From assembly GCA_021739985.1 (NCBI GenBank), contig JAIPAR010000003.1, forward strand, positions 1 through 51,700: a stretch of DNA of 51,700 nucleotides. Direction: 5' to 3'. The notes beneath the pieces are model-generated. The model worked only from the letters and a program-made list of their open reading frames with translations, searched no databases and was not told the DNA's origin. Source of the DNA: Bacteroidales bacterium (lineage in GTDB: Bacteria > Bacteroidota > Bacteroidia > Bacteroidales > M50B96). Positions 37,912 to 46,822 of this stretch are shown piece after piece. The translations under genes were made by a program, and so were the position numbers. How positions within the stretch are numbered: the first letter of the stretch is position 1; every line of letters begins with the position of its first letter.

Positions 37912-39474
37912 TTATTCTATTCCCTCGTTGTAGCTCGATTCTTTAAATTGCTTGTCAAGTAAGTGGGCAATTTCGGCAGGATTTGTAATCGGCATTTTTT
38001 TATGGCTCATTTCGTAATCCAAGAGCTCGGCTTTTTTAACTTTTTCAAGACTGGGAAGGTTGGTTCGATTCGTTGTTCTGATATGTTTCCCTTCTTTATT
38101 TACCAGAATAAGTTTCGGAAGAAATACTCCTTTCCGTCCAATAAAAGCATCCATTATTTCAACACTTCGATCAAATTCGTCTTTAGTTGTTCTTCCAAGC
38201 GCTTCATACACAAAGATTGTACGGTTATCCCAGGTATGGACAGTGGCATGACTTTCGGAGATATTATCTTCAATGGTTCTTCCAGTATTTAAAGTATCGT
38301 GTCCCGAAGGGATTAACATCACTTTACCGCCGCCGCCTTCTATATTTGCGGCATACTTTGGTACCGTAATGCCGGAAAGCCAACCTTGTAGATGTTTCAT
38401 ATAAATCTTTCCTACCTGAATAGGAGTGATGAAGTGAACAATTCCTTTTTCTTTATGACATTGCAACAGGTAATAGGGATGAACACCAATCCAAAACATT
38501 CTGCGAAAAGTTTCCGATAAGGTTTTATAATAGTCATTCACGTGATTTAAAAGAACCGTCTGATTTTTAATTGTAAAACCATGATTTCTTATTTTTTTCA
38601 CAGCCTCATGAAGCTCTTTAGTAATTTCTTGATAATGATTGATATGCGTCATGAAATACACATATTTTTCAATTCCTTCATTGAATTTGTTAACTGATTG
38701 TTTGATAAGGTTTAGTAATTCATCGGTGATAGCCATGGGCATGACCACGGGGACTCTAGTAGCAATTCGGATAGCGCGGAGATGCGGAATTTTGCTTAAT
38801 TCCTCCAGGACGTATTGCAGGCGTCTTTTACTTATCATTAATGCGTCACCTCCTGTAACCAAGACTTCATCAATGTTTTGATTATAAGCGATGTAGAATA
38901 ATCCTTTATTAATTTCGGCAGAATTAACATCCACCGAAGAATCGAGTGATTTAGCGCGTTGGCAGTGAACACAATAAGAGGCGCAGCTGGTGTTTTCGGC
39001 CACAAAAAGTGCTACACGATTGGGATATCGTTGATAGCATGCGCCATACGATCTTGAACCTTCCTGCATGGCTCCTTCGATACCGGTATCGGGAAAAAAA
39101 AGATTAGCCGGAGTCGGTACACTCTGCCAAAAGATTGGGTCTAAGCGCCTTTCCGCTTTTTCGCCGGGGAGCATTTCCGGATGAAAGGGGTCTTCTTGTA
39201 TGAGTGAAGCATAATAAGGTGTAATTCGCAAAGGCTCTTTCCCCTCAGACCTTAACTGGTTGATAACTCTTTCGATTTCAGAAGCTTGAAATTCAGTTAA
39301 ACGAATTACTTTTTTTAACTGATGCACAGAGCGAATGGCATTCTTAAGTTGCCAGTTCGGATTATTCCATTCCTTTTCGGTTACATCTTTCCATAAATCA
39401 ATGGAAGTAAATTTTCGGCCTTCATACAAAAAAGATTGTTTTAAACTCATGTTTTTCATTTTAGTTTTATTCAT
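37912..39474 (-). CDS. KamA-family radical SAM aminomutase (lysine/glutamate 2,3-aminomutase-like) with an approximately 100-aa C-terminal extension
   Basis: 520 aa. Radical-SAM cluster motif CASYCVHCQR (compare CxxxCxxC of KamA). The N-terminus (NPNWQLKNAIRSVHQLKKVIRLTEFQASEIERV...ITPYYASLIQ) resembles the KamA N-terminal region. A Gly-rich PLP-region is present (IEGGGGKVMLIPSG). Confidence 0.8.
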   Translation of the reverse strand: MNKTKMKNMSLKQSFLYEGRKFTSIDLWKDVTEKEWNNPNWQLKNAIRSVHQLKKVIRLTEFQASEIERVINQLRSEGKEPLRITPYYASLIQEDPFHPEMLPGEKAERRLDPIFWQSVPTPANLFFPDTGIEGAMQEGSRSYGACYQRYPNRVALFVAENTSCASYCVHCQRAKSLDSSVDVNSAEINKGLFYIAYNQNIDEVLVTGGDALMISKRRLQYVLEELSKIPHLRAIRIATRVPVVMPMAITDELLNLIKQSVNKFNEGIEKYVYFMTHINHYQEITKELHEAVKKIRNHGFTIKNQTVLLNHVNDYYKTLSETFRRMFWIGVHPYYLLQCHKEKGIVHFITPIQVGKIYMKHLQGWLSGITVPKYAANIEGGGGKVMLIPSGHDTLNTGRTIEDNISESHATVHTWDNRTIFVYEALGRTTKDEFDRSVEIMDAFIGRKGVFLPKLILVNKEGKHIRTTNRTNLPSLEKVKKAELLDYEMSHKKMPITNPAEIAHLLDKQFKESSYNEGIE

Positions 39475-39792
39475 CAGGTTTTTAGCCTGATGCTACATTT
39501 TTACTCTATTTCGGTTGCGACCTTTCGGTGACTTCTGAATTAGAAAATGTATTTATTATACAATGAATGCATGAATCTCTTTCCATTCAAACGAATTGAA
39601 AGTCAACTTCCTAATTTAGTTGAATTCAATCTGATGCTTTCTTTTGCTACCGCTTTGTTGGCAGCATTCTAGTTCAGTCGTCCGACTTGTCTATTTTCCT
39701 CAACGTCATGATAGGACATTTTATTTTCTGATGCTTTCTCTGGTTTCCCGTGATATTGGGATGCCGGAGGCTTTCTACAGCCTTTAAATCAA

Positions 39793-42477
39793 TTAGTTAT
39801 CCAATTTGATTAACTTAAAGGTAAATTTGTCTTTCCCGGCATACAAGGTAAGAAAATATACTCCTTCCGGCAAATTAGAAACATCGAGATTTCTTGATTT
39901 CGGGTAATTGCTTTTCGTAATGATATGATTTCCAATGATATCTGTGATTACATAGAAGTCTGGGTTCGAATTTCCCTGAATGTTGATTATTCCGGTGGTT
40001 GGATTCGGAAGAATTCTAAATCCTTTTTGACCAGGCAAATCTAAAATTGATAAACCAAACACTCTGTGGCAGGAGGAAGTGTCAACGCATCCATTATGCT
40101 CAATTATAACCGCATAATTTCCGGTTACTTCAGCGGTATAGCTTTGGTTTGTTGCGGATGAGATAGCTTGATTCGTTGTACAATCATACCATTGCCAGGA
40201 TGATGCATTCGCCGAGGCTGTGAGCAAGGAACCTGAAATGATAACCGTAGTATCTAACTCAATAACTGTAATATAGATTTCCTCCGGCTGGGATTGCCCG
40301 GTTGAAGCAATTGCCACAACAGATACATAACCACTTGTATTTCCGGCTTGCAATACTATTGTATTCGAAGTAGATGATCCAGTCCATCCGGTTGGAATAG
40401 TCCACTCATAGGAAGTTGCGCCGAAGGTAACAGGGATACTGTATTCAATTGTTTCACCCTGACATATTTGGTATGACCCAATAACCTGTCCTGGAATAAC
40501 AGGAGGATTTCCTCCCAGGTTGATATCATAGCAGGAGGAAGTGTCAATACATCCATTTTGCTCAATGATAGCTGCATATGAACCTTCCTGTGTAGCAGTA
40601 AAGTTGGATGAATATGCTCCCGGAATTACAAGTCCGCTGATGCAATCTATCCATTGCCAGGAAGTGGCTAAATTGCTCGCAGTTAAGGTTTGTCCGGATA
40701 GTGAAAGGATATTGTCAACTTCGATGATGGTTACTATGAATGATTCAGGCGAGGATTGCCCGGTTGCCCCGACGGCAGTTACTGAAATGGTACCACTCAG
40801 ATTTCCGGTGTTGACAGTAATGGTGTTGCTATTGGAAGACCCAGACCAGCCGATTGGCAATGTCCAGCTATAGGAGGTAGCGCCAAAAGCAGCCGGCACC
40901 GTGTAAGTTACAGTTTCACCCGGGCATGCTACTGCCAAGCCTGTAATAGGACCAGGCAGGAGAAGCGTTTCATAACAGGATTGAATGCTGAATGCAGATG
41001 CCGTAAAGCTCGTGTCAACTCCATTTGTCGTTTGAATGATAAAACGTAAGTAAAGATTTGTAGAACTAATTACCGGAGTTGTCCATTGATAAGTACCTGA
41101 GTTTGGTATGTTTGTAGCAATATTTGTATAAGGTCCTGCCTGTCCGGTGGATGATATTGCAATAGAAACAAATGCAGAATCTCCTCCGGGAACAGCCGAT
41201 TTCCATTTAATAAACTGGACAGAATTCATGCAAAAGATTTCGTTTCCTTGGGGAAAGACGGGATTTATGCCCAAGGAGGGGGCCGTTCCGTTTCGAAGAT
41301 AAACCCGCATCATATTTGCGCCATTGTTTTTTCCCCAATAGGCAATATCCAGTGAGCCATTATGGTCAAAATCGGCTAGTTTCATATCACTGCAAGTAGT
41401 TTCAGCGATAGCAATCGAATCGCTCAACAGCCAGGTGCCGGCGCCATTGCCGGAGTATATTTTTATTTCTCCACTGGTGAAAGCCAGCAAATCGATATAC
41501 CCATCGTTATTCATATCTCCCAGGGCAGGATATAGCATCCCTATCGAAGTTCCGGGAAGTCCGGTGTTCATCGGTGTCCATGATGCTGTGCCTGGTTCGT
41601 AGTCAAATACCTGCGGGTAACCAGCATATGAAATTGCAATTTCTTTGGCTCCATCCTGATCAATATCTGCCAATGCAAATCGGGGATAATAGCCGTAGGT
41701 GGGTGGAACTGTCCATCCGGCATTCATGCTTTCGAATTGCCCTGTGCCGGAATTTCGCCAGATTTGTCCCTGCTGTCCATTGAACTGTGTATTATTGGCC
41801 ATAAAATCGACATATCCGTCATTATCAAAATCTCCAAAAATTAAATTATGTCCTGAATTACCAACTGTTGCACCACTGAATACTGACCAGGAGCCATTCC
41901 CATTGTTTCTATAAATCCATACCCCATCAGGCGATCCGAAGGAATTAGCACCTAAATCGAGGAGCCCATTATTATCTACATCTGCAAAATCGCAACCAAA
42001 CATTCCCCAAACCTGCCCTTGCATGGCCAGATTATCATCATATGGAGTCCAACTATATCCGGTGCCATCTCCTAAAACAACTTCCAGTTTTTGATCTCCA
42101 AAATCTGGAATCCCTGGATTTGATTCATAATGATGTATTCCATAAGCAACATCCATATCTCCATCATTATTAACATCACCGAGGGCAATCCCACCATATC
42201 CAAAACCTCCTGACATCGTTTTGGTCCATACTGTTCCATTCCCATTGTTTTTATAAACCATGAGTCCCTGTTCATTCGTATAACCCGGGTTCATATGATC
42301 ACCAACGGAAATTAAATCAATATCTCCGTCAGCATCGATATCTCCAGCTTCAAATTCAGTTGGTCCACTTTCAAAAATGTCTTCCAAACCGAGTGTAACT
42401 AAGGTATAGTTTGATTGGGAGAAAGAGTTAAAGCCCAATAATACGGTAAAAAATGCTGTGTATAGAATCTGTTTCAT
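39793..42477 (-). CDS. T9SS-secreted FG-GAP-repeat (integrin-alpha-like beta-propeller) protein with Ig/PKD-like domains and a C-terminal sorting domain
   Basis: 894 aa with a signal peptide. At least 7 FG-GAP Ca-binding loops (DIDADGDIDL, VNNDGDMDVAY, DVDNNGLLDL, DFDNDGYVDF, DIDQDGAKEIA, DMNNDGYIDL, DFDHNGSLDIAY). Two internal repeats of about 135 aa (…LPGPITGLAVACPGETVTYTV… / …IPGQVIGSYQICQGETIEYSI…). T9SS CTD FRILPNPTTGIINIQ...FKLIKLDN. Confidence 0.85.
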   Translation of the reverse strand: MKQILYTAFFTVLLGFNSFSQSNYTLVTLGLEDIFESGPTEFEAGDIDADGDIDLISVGDHMNPGYTNEQGLMVYKNNGNGTVWTKTMSGGFGYGGIALGDVNNDGDMDVAYGIHHYESNPGIPDFGDQKLEVVLGDGTGYSWTPYDDNLAMQGQVWGMFGCDFADVDNNGLLDLGANSFGSPDGVWIYRNNGNGSWSVFSGATVGNSGHNLIFGDFDNDGYVDFMANNTQFNGQQGQIWRNSGTGQFESMNAGWTVPPTYGYYPRFALADIDQDGAKEIAISYAGYPQVFDYEPGTASWTPMNTGLPGTSIGMLYPALGDMNNDGYIDLLAFTSGEIKIYSGNGAGTWLLSDSIAIAETTCSDMKLADFDHNGSLDIAYWGKNNGANMMRVYLRNGTAPSLGINPVFPQGNEIFCMNSVQFIKWKSAVPGGDSAFVSIAISSTGQAGPYTNIATNIPNSGTYQWTTPVISSTNLYLRFIIQTTNGVDTSFTASAFSIQSCYETLLLPGPITGLAVACPGETVTYTVPAAFGATSYSWTLPIGWSGSSNSNTITVNTGNLSGTISVTAVGATGQSSPESFIVTIIEVDNILSLSGQTLTASNLATSWQWIDCISGLVIPGAYSSNFTATQEGSYAAIIEQNGCIDTSSCYDINLGGNPPVIPGQVIGSYQICQGETIEYSIPVTFGATSYEWTIPTGWTGSSTSNTIVLQAGNTSGYVSVVAIASTGQSQPEEIYITVIELDTTVIISGSLLTASANASSWQWYDCTTNQAISSATNQSYTAEVTGNYAVIIEHNGCVDTSSCHRVFGLSILDLPGQKGFRILPNPTTGIINIQGNSNPDFYVITDIIGNHIITKSNYPKSRNLDVSNLPEGVYFLTLYAGKDKFTFKLIKLDN

Positions 42478-42980
42478 TTGGGGAGGAATTTATGTTTTGT
42501 TAAAAAAACAAAAAATTCTTCAAAAAATCAACAGAGAAAACATTTTTTTTAGAGATAATTCTCTGATAATAGGGACATAAATAGGAGAAGTACTTGGCAT
42601 ATGTTTAAAACATAAGAGCACTTTCCCACCTAACTCTCGGGGCTTTCGATTCGAGTGTTTTTGTGACAAAGCGAAGCATATTTTCATCAGCAATTTCGGG
42701 ATTTTTGCTGGTGGCGAATTCCATAGCTTCAATGCAGGTAGCTTTTGCAGGGTCTTTTTGCTTTTCAGCAAAGGCTAATAACTTGAAGAGGCTTATTGCT
42801 CTAAGAGATGCTCTTCCGGATTTATAGCTTGCTTAGACCCTTCCCATTCAAACAATTATTTGAATGATTGGGGAAATCTAATTTCAGCTCTTCGCTAAAC
42901 TCCTGCAACAAAATGCTTCATTCCTGATATTTTTGAATAACCTGAATGTACGAATAAGTTTGGGAGAGCGTGTAAATGAA

Positions 42981-44495
42981 TTATGGTTTTGGTTCCTCTG
43001 CCAAATCTTCGGTTTCAGGTTTTTGATCAGCTCCTTTCAAAAAACTGGGTAAGTTCAATCCGGCCATATTGAACAAATCATTTAGAGGTGGAACTGTTCT
43101 CATCATTCCGGAAACAAAGTTAGCGGTCGAAGAGTTGCCATTGTCATGGGAGCCATTTCCCGAATCCCAAACGGTGATTTTGTCAATTTTAATATTTTTG
43201 ACAGCCTCAACCTGTGTTTTAACTAATTCAGGAAGTTTCTCGATTAAAAGGAGTTGGAAGGCTTTATTGGGGTCTCCGCCTGAAGCTTCAACTACTTGTT
43301 TGTATCCTTCGGCTTGTTTAGTCAGAATTTCATAGAGCCCTTTAGCTTCAGCTTCCATTTTGGCAAATATGGCGTCTGCTTCACCTTTTGCATTAACCCG
43401 AATAGTTTCGGCGGCAGCTTGTGCTTCAATAATGGCTCTTTCTTTAGCGATTTGAGCCGGGACAACAATATTTGCAATTTGGGTTGAACGCTCCCTTTCC
43501 GAACGGGCTAACTCTGCTTTTTGCTCAGCCACATAAGATTCTTCGAGCGCTTTGGCTTCTTGTACTTTTTCTGATGCAAGAGCAATTCGTAAAGCTTCAG
43601 CTTCTTTTTCCCGACGGTTAGCTTCTGATTTTGCGATGGCGATTTTGGCCTCATTTTCACCTTGAATGGCGACTGCATTTGCTTCGGAGGTTTTTACACG
43701 GGTATCTCGCTGAGCCTCAGCTTTTCCAATGGTTTCATCCCTTACCGCAGTAGCAATACTCACTTCTTTGTCTTTAATTGTGTTAGCAATCTTAACATCT
43801 CTGTCACGATGTGTTTCGGCGATTTGCGTATCTTTTTCCCGGTCGGCCATTGCTTTTCCGGTTTCTCCAATTTTTTCCTGCTCAGCAACGCTGATTTTTG
43901 CTTCATTGATAGCTTTTGCAGCAGCTTCTTTCCCTAATGCTTCAATATACCCGGATTCGTCTTTAATATCCGTTACGTTGACGTTAATGAGTTTTAAACC
44001 AATCTTTTTAAGTTCACTATCAACATTCTTTGAGATATTATCCAGAAATTTATCCCGATCGGAGTTAATTTCTTCAATGGTCATGGTAGCAATTACTAAA
44101 CGTAACTGTCCAAAAAGGATATCTTTGGCCAGCTCTTGTATTTGCTCGGAGGTTAGTCCAAGTAAACGTTCAGCTGCCGTATTCATGGAATCAGATTCGG
44201 TTGATATGGCAATTGTGAATCGACAGGGAACATCAACACGGATATTCTGCCGACTCAGTGCATTGGTTAAATTGGCTTCAATCGACAAAGGTTTTAAATC
44301 CAGAAAAGCATAATCCTGAATAACCGGCCAAATGAAAACGCCTCCTCCATGGATACATTTGGCTGAAGTGCCGCCCGTACGTCCATAAACTACTAAAATC
44401 TTATCAGAAGGGCAACGTTTAAATCGTGAGACTAAAGCGGTGATTGTAACAAACAGGACTACTACAGCTACAACTATAATGGTTATCGGGGTCAT
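42981..44495 (-). CDS. flotillin / SPFH-domain (band 7) protein, YqiK/FloT-like
   Basis: N-terminal TM helix. SPFH domain and a long Ala/Glu-rich coiled-coil flotillin domain (…AEAQRDTRVKTSEANAVAIQGENEAKIAIAKSEANRREKEAEAL…). Start placed at MTPITIIVV… (44495), which removes the overlap with the NfeD-like gene. The ORF track's start at 44540 is an alternative. Confidence 0.85.
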   Translation of the reverse strand: MTPITIIVVAVVVLFVTITALVSRFKRCPSDKILVVYGRTGGTSAKCIHGGGVFIWPVIQDYAFLDLKPLSIEANLTNALSRQNIRVDVPCRFTIAISTESDSMNTAAERLLGLTSEQIQELAKDILFGQLRLVIATMTIEEINSDRDKFLDNISKNVDSELKKIGLKLINVNVTDIKDESGYIEALGKEAAAKAINEAKISVAEQEKIGETGKAMADREKDTQIAETHRDRDVKIANTIKDKEVSIATAVRDETIGKAEAQRDTRVKTSEANAVAIQGENEAKIAIAKSEANRREKEAEALRIALASEKVQEAKALEESYVAEQKAELARSERERSTQIANIVVPAQIAKERAIIEAQAAAETIRVNAKGEADAIFAKMEAEAKGLYEILTKQAEGYKQVVEASGGDPNKAFQLLLIEKLPELVKTQVEAVKNIKIDKITVWDSGNGSHDNGNSSTANFVSGMMRTVPPLNDLFNMAGLNLPSFLKGADQKPETEDLAEEPKP

Positions 44496-44505
44496 GGTTA
44501 TTTGA

Positions 44506-45069
44506 TTATATAGATTCGACAATAAGTACATCACTTTCAATTTTTACGATTTTAACTACTGCTCCGGAGCTGATTTTTTCGTGCTCAGTCATCGCTTCCA
44601 ATTCATGAACGGAGCCTTTTACACTGATGATGATTTTTCCTTTCCCGGACTTATTGGCCGGAATAGTTAAATAAACATCAGCAGTCTTATTCAAAGTATC
44701 TATAAGCCGAAAAGAATTATTCTCTGCCAGCTTTTGAAGTTGTTGGATGACCAGGAAAAATAAGAGAACAAATGCAATTCCGATTGTAAATGATAGTAAG
44801 ATGAGTAGGGTGGGGTTCGACACAGTCGTGTAGAAAGATATGCCGGTCCAGCTAAAACCTAAAAGGAAATTAATAAGGTTTCGTAACGAGAAGAGTTGAA
44901 ATGGAGCATCTGCACCTTCCAAATCACCTTCAAAATCAGCATCAACCCCATCGGATGCATCTGCACCAACAAAAGTCATGATAGTTTGAATAATAAAAAT
45001 CAGACTGGCCGGAATGGCAATGAACCAAAATGTCTGCAATAAAGGTTCTAACTCTTTAAATATTTCCAT
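44506..45069 (-). CDS. NfeD/YqiJ-like membrane protein (flotillin-associated, C-terminal OB-fold)
   Basis: 187 aa. Three to four TM helices and an acidic loop (DASDGVDADFEGDLEGADAP). C-terminal beta-rich region (GKIIISVKGSVHELEAM…VKIVKIESDVLIV). Sits immediately upstream of the flotillin gene, as in yqiJK operons. Confidence 0.6.
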   Translation of the reverse strand: MEIFKELEPLLQTFWFIAIPASLIFIIQTIMTFVGADASDGVDADFEGDLEGADAPFQLFSLRNLINFLLGFSWTGISFYTTVSNPTLLILLSFTIGIAFVLLFFLVIQQLQKLAENNSFRLIDTLNKTADVYLTIPANKSGKGKIIISVKGSVHELEAMTEHEKISSGAVVKIVKIESDVLIVESI

Positions 45070-45288
45070 GGTAGATTTAATTATTAATGCCTCTCAGGTT
45101 GTAAAACTCATTTCGTTTCAGAAACCGGCATTATAGTTGGTCAAATTTACTCTTTTTTAGGTCCAATTCTCAATGTAAGCACGGAAAATGAGTCGAATTC
45201 ATATTTTATGCAACATCTTTTTGGGAGATGATTGACCTTCTCATTTTAAGTTCCCTGTGAAGACTTTTGCGGAAGTGTGGGGGATCTC

Positions 45289-46077
45289 CTATTTCAGCAA
45301 TAAATTGAGAATGAATAAGATGATTACTACAATTAGGAACCATCGAATGAAGCCGGCGCCTTTGTGAACGGCCATTTTACTGGCGACAATACCACCGGCT
45401 AAATTCCCAATGGCAGATATCAATCCAATGTATAAATCCATTTGTCCTTCCAAACTGAAAACCAAAATAGCGAAGGGGGTATATAAAAACACTGTAAAGA
45501 CTTTAAGTCCGTTAGCTATTACTAAATCGTAGCCGGATACCAGCACCATCGCTGCGAGCATAAAAATGCCCACTCCGATGTGGATAAATCCCCCATAAAT
45601 ACCAATGATGAAGTAGATAAATAGTTGAAAATAAGTTGGTTTCTCTTTGACCTTGTCAGCTTGTCCCTGAATCCACTTTTCAGGCTTAAAAAAGAGAGTG
45701 CCTAATAACAGCACCATTACAACGGCAATGATTTTTTCAAAATATTTCTCATCGATTTCTGCGGCCAGCAAGGCACCCAGAATAGTCCCGGCAATGATAG
45801 GAACGCCCATGATTAAACCGGTTTTCACCGCAAGCTTTTTGTGTTTCAAAAAGTATAAACTGGAAGCAAGAGTTTGCATGACCACGCCAAGTCGCATGGT
45901 GCCATTGGCAACTCCCGCCGGAAGTCCCAGCATCGTAAATAAACTAAAATTGATAATCGAACCGCTGCCGGCAATGGTATTGATGATGCCCGTTAAAAAC
46001 CCGGCCAGAATGATAATGAGAATAATCCAGGGTGAATATAAGTCGATATGCTCGAGGTTAAAGAATAGCAAGGTCAT
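45289..46077 (-). CDS. TauE/SafE-family (DUF81) sulfite/anion exporter
   Basis: 262 aa, 7-8 TM helices with Gly-rich helices typical of TauE/SafE (…GFLTGIINTIAGSGS…, …IGIYGGFIHIGVGIF…). Confidence 0.8.
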   Translation of the reverse strand: MTLLFFNLEHIDLYSPWIILIIILAGFLTGIINTIAGSGSIINFSLFTMLGLPAGVANGTMRLGVVMQTLASSLYFLKHKKLAVKTGLIMGVPIIAGTILGALLAAEIDEKYFEKIIAVVMVLLLGTLFFKPEKWIQGQADKVKEKPTYFQLFIYFIIGIYGGFIHIGVGIFMLAAMVLVSGYDLVIANGLKVFTVFLYTPFAILVFSLEGQMDLYIGLISAIGNLAGGIVASKMAVHKGAGFIRWFLIVVIILFILNLLLK

Positions 46078-46082
46078 GGAAA

Positions 46083-46745
46083 TCAGATTTGAGAATGAAT
46101 CGATAATGCCGTATCATCGGCAAATTTTCGGCAAAGATGTTTGAGCCCACATTCCATGCAAGCTGGTTTTCGGGCCTGGCATACATATCTTCCATGTAAA
46201 ATCAGCCAATGATGTGCTTTGCTGATAAGCTCCTCCGGGATAAATTGAATCAATTGCTTTTCGGTTTCCAAGGGGGTTCGCGCATTTTCGGATAATCCGA
46301 TACGCGCCGATACTCTAAAAACGTGTGTATCGACTGCCATGGCTGGTAAATCAAACACTACAGAGGCTACTACATTGGCTGTTTTCCTGCCAACTCCAGG
46401 CAGTTTTACCAACTCTTCAATCTCAGATGGCACCACATCTTTAAAATCTTCATGAAGCATCTTGGCCATGCCGGACAAGTTCTTCGCTTTATTGTTTGGA
46501 TAGGAGCAGCTTTTGATAAATTCAAAAATCTCTTCAACCGATGAAGCAGCCAGGACTTCTGCTGTAGGAAAACGTTCAAAAAAAGCCAGCGTAATCAGAT
46601 TGACCCGCTTATCGGTGCATTGAGCTGATAGGATAACAGCAACCAGCAGTTCATACGGACTTTGATAGAGTAACTCGGTTTCAGCAACTGGCATTGCCTC
46701 CAGAAAATAGGCTACAACTTGTTGGGTCCGCTCTTCTCGTGTCAT
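46083..46745 (-). CDS. nth: endonuclease III (DNA-(apurinic/apyrimidinic site) lyase)
   Basis: HhH-GPD motif LVKLPGVGRKTANVVASVVFD. C-terminal [4Fe-4S] ligands CQARKPACMECGLKHLC. The start is placed at MTREERTQQ… by alignment to the Nth N-terminus. The upstream ATG at 46790 is the alternative. Confidence 0.85.
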   Translation of the reverse strand: MTREERTQQVVAYFLEAMPVAETELLYQSPYELLVAVILSAQCTDKRVNLITLAFFERFPTAEVLAASSVEEIFEFIKSCSYPNNKAKNLSGMAKMLHEDFKDVVPSEIEELVKLPGVGRKTANVVASVVFDLPAMAVDTHVFRVSARIGLSENARTPLETEKQLIQFIPEELISKAHHWLILHGRYVCQARKPACMECGLKHLCRKFADDTALSIHSQI

Positions 46746-46822
46746 GCTGCAAAACAAGTGATTTTTTACCGAATGGAATATAGCGTTCACCGGTTTATTT
46801 CCGGATTCTCTCGTAAAGCTAA

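Noticed and set aside
42520-42771. 83-aa minus-strand ORF in the gap between the FG-GAP and flotillin genes
   Set aside because: Basic, low-complexity sequence with no motif. A different frame in the same region carries the more protein-like remnant that I reported as a finding.
43729-44313. 194-aa plus-strand ORF, Ser/Leu-rich, antisense inside the flotillin gene
   Set aside because: Low-complexity translation of the antisense strand of an Ala/Glu/Lys-rich coiled-coil coding region. The flotillin reading on the minus strand is unambiguous.
45698-46144. 148-aa plus-strand ORF spanning the TauE/nth junction
   Set aside because: Antisense to two well-supported membrane/repair genes. It has no motif and its composition mirrors the sense genes.
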